A stretch of 64,000 nt of DNA from NCBI GenBank assembly GCA_963741955.1, contig CAVUKB010000009.1, positions 53,165 to 117,164 of the forward strand. Direction: 5' to 3'. The translations under genes were made by a program, and so were the position numbers. Every line of letters starts with the position of its first letter. Position 1 is the first letter of the stretch. Of this stretch, positions 63,997 through 64,000 are shown piece after piece. The DNA comes from an uncultured Acidobacteriota bacterium. Lineage in GTDB: Bacteria; Acidobacteriota; Thermoanaerobaculia; Gp7-AA8. The notes beneath the pieces are model-generated. The model saw nothing but the letters and a program-made list of their open reading frames with translations. It was not told where the DNA came from and did no database searches.

Positions 63997-64000
63997 CAGG

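Overview
GC-rich bacterial window, probably Acidobacteriota (Thermoanaerobaculia-like). This taxonomy is inferred from the acidobacterial-type VWA protein and gene content, not verified. 1-23 kb is mostly housekeeping: VWA protein, tRNA-Pro(CGG), S1/P1 nuclease, PduO, a RomR-like regulator, gpmI, argS, csp, murQ-nagA-nagB, a dacA-like peptidase and tal-pgi-gnd, plus a 217-bp IS4-type MITE. 23.2-35.6 kb is an anaerobic/redox block: radical SAM enzyme, Cys-containing Crp/Fnr regulator, HTH-less cNMP protein, monoheme cytochrome c, CbcL-like and ImcH-like multiheme cytochromes, and PFOR. Most promoters in this block carry tandem TGTGA-N6-TCACA boxes, and five show class II geometry. One of those promoters drives an apparently ORF-less, structured ~470-nt transcript (31183-31652), a candidate novel ncRNA. 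36.3-61.1 kb is a polymorphic toxin locus: AraC-type HTH gene, secreted partner, a signal-peptide-bearing Rhs protein and nine orphan core/toxin/immunity cassettes with nested swap points, poly-immunity genes and an ISL3 insertion. The end holds a truncated IS4, a secreted HExxH protein and an Rdx-family CxxU selenoprotein that the ORF track truncates. Family assignments come from motif recognition; no database searches were run.
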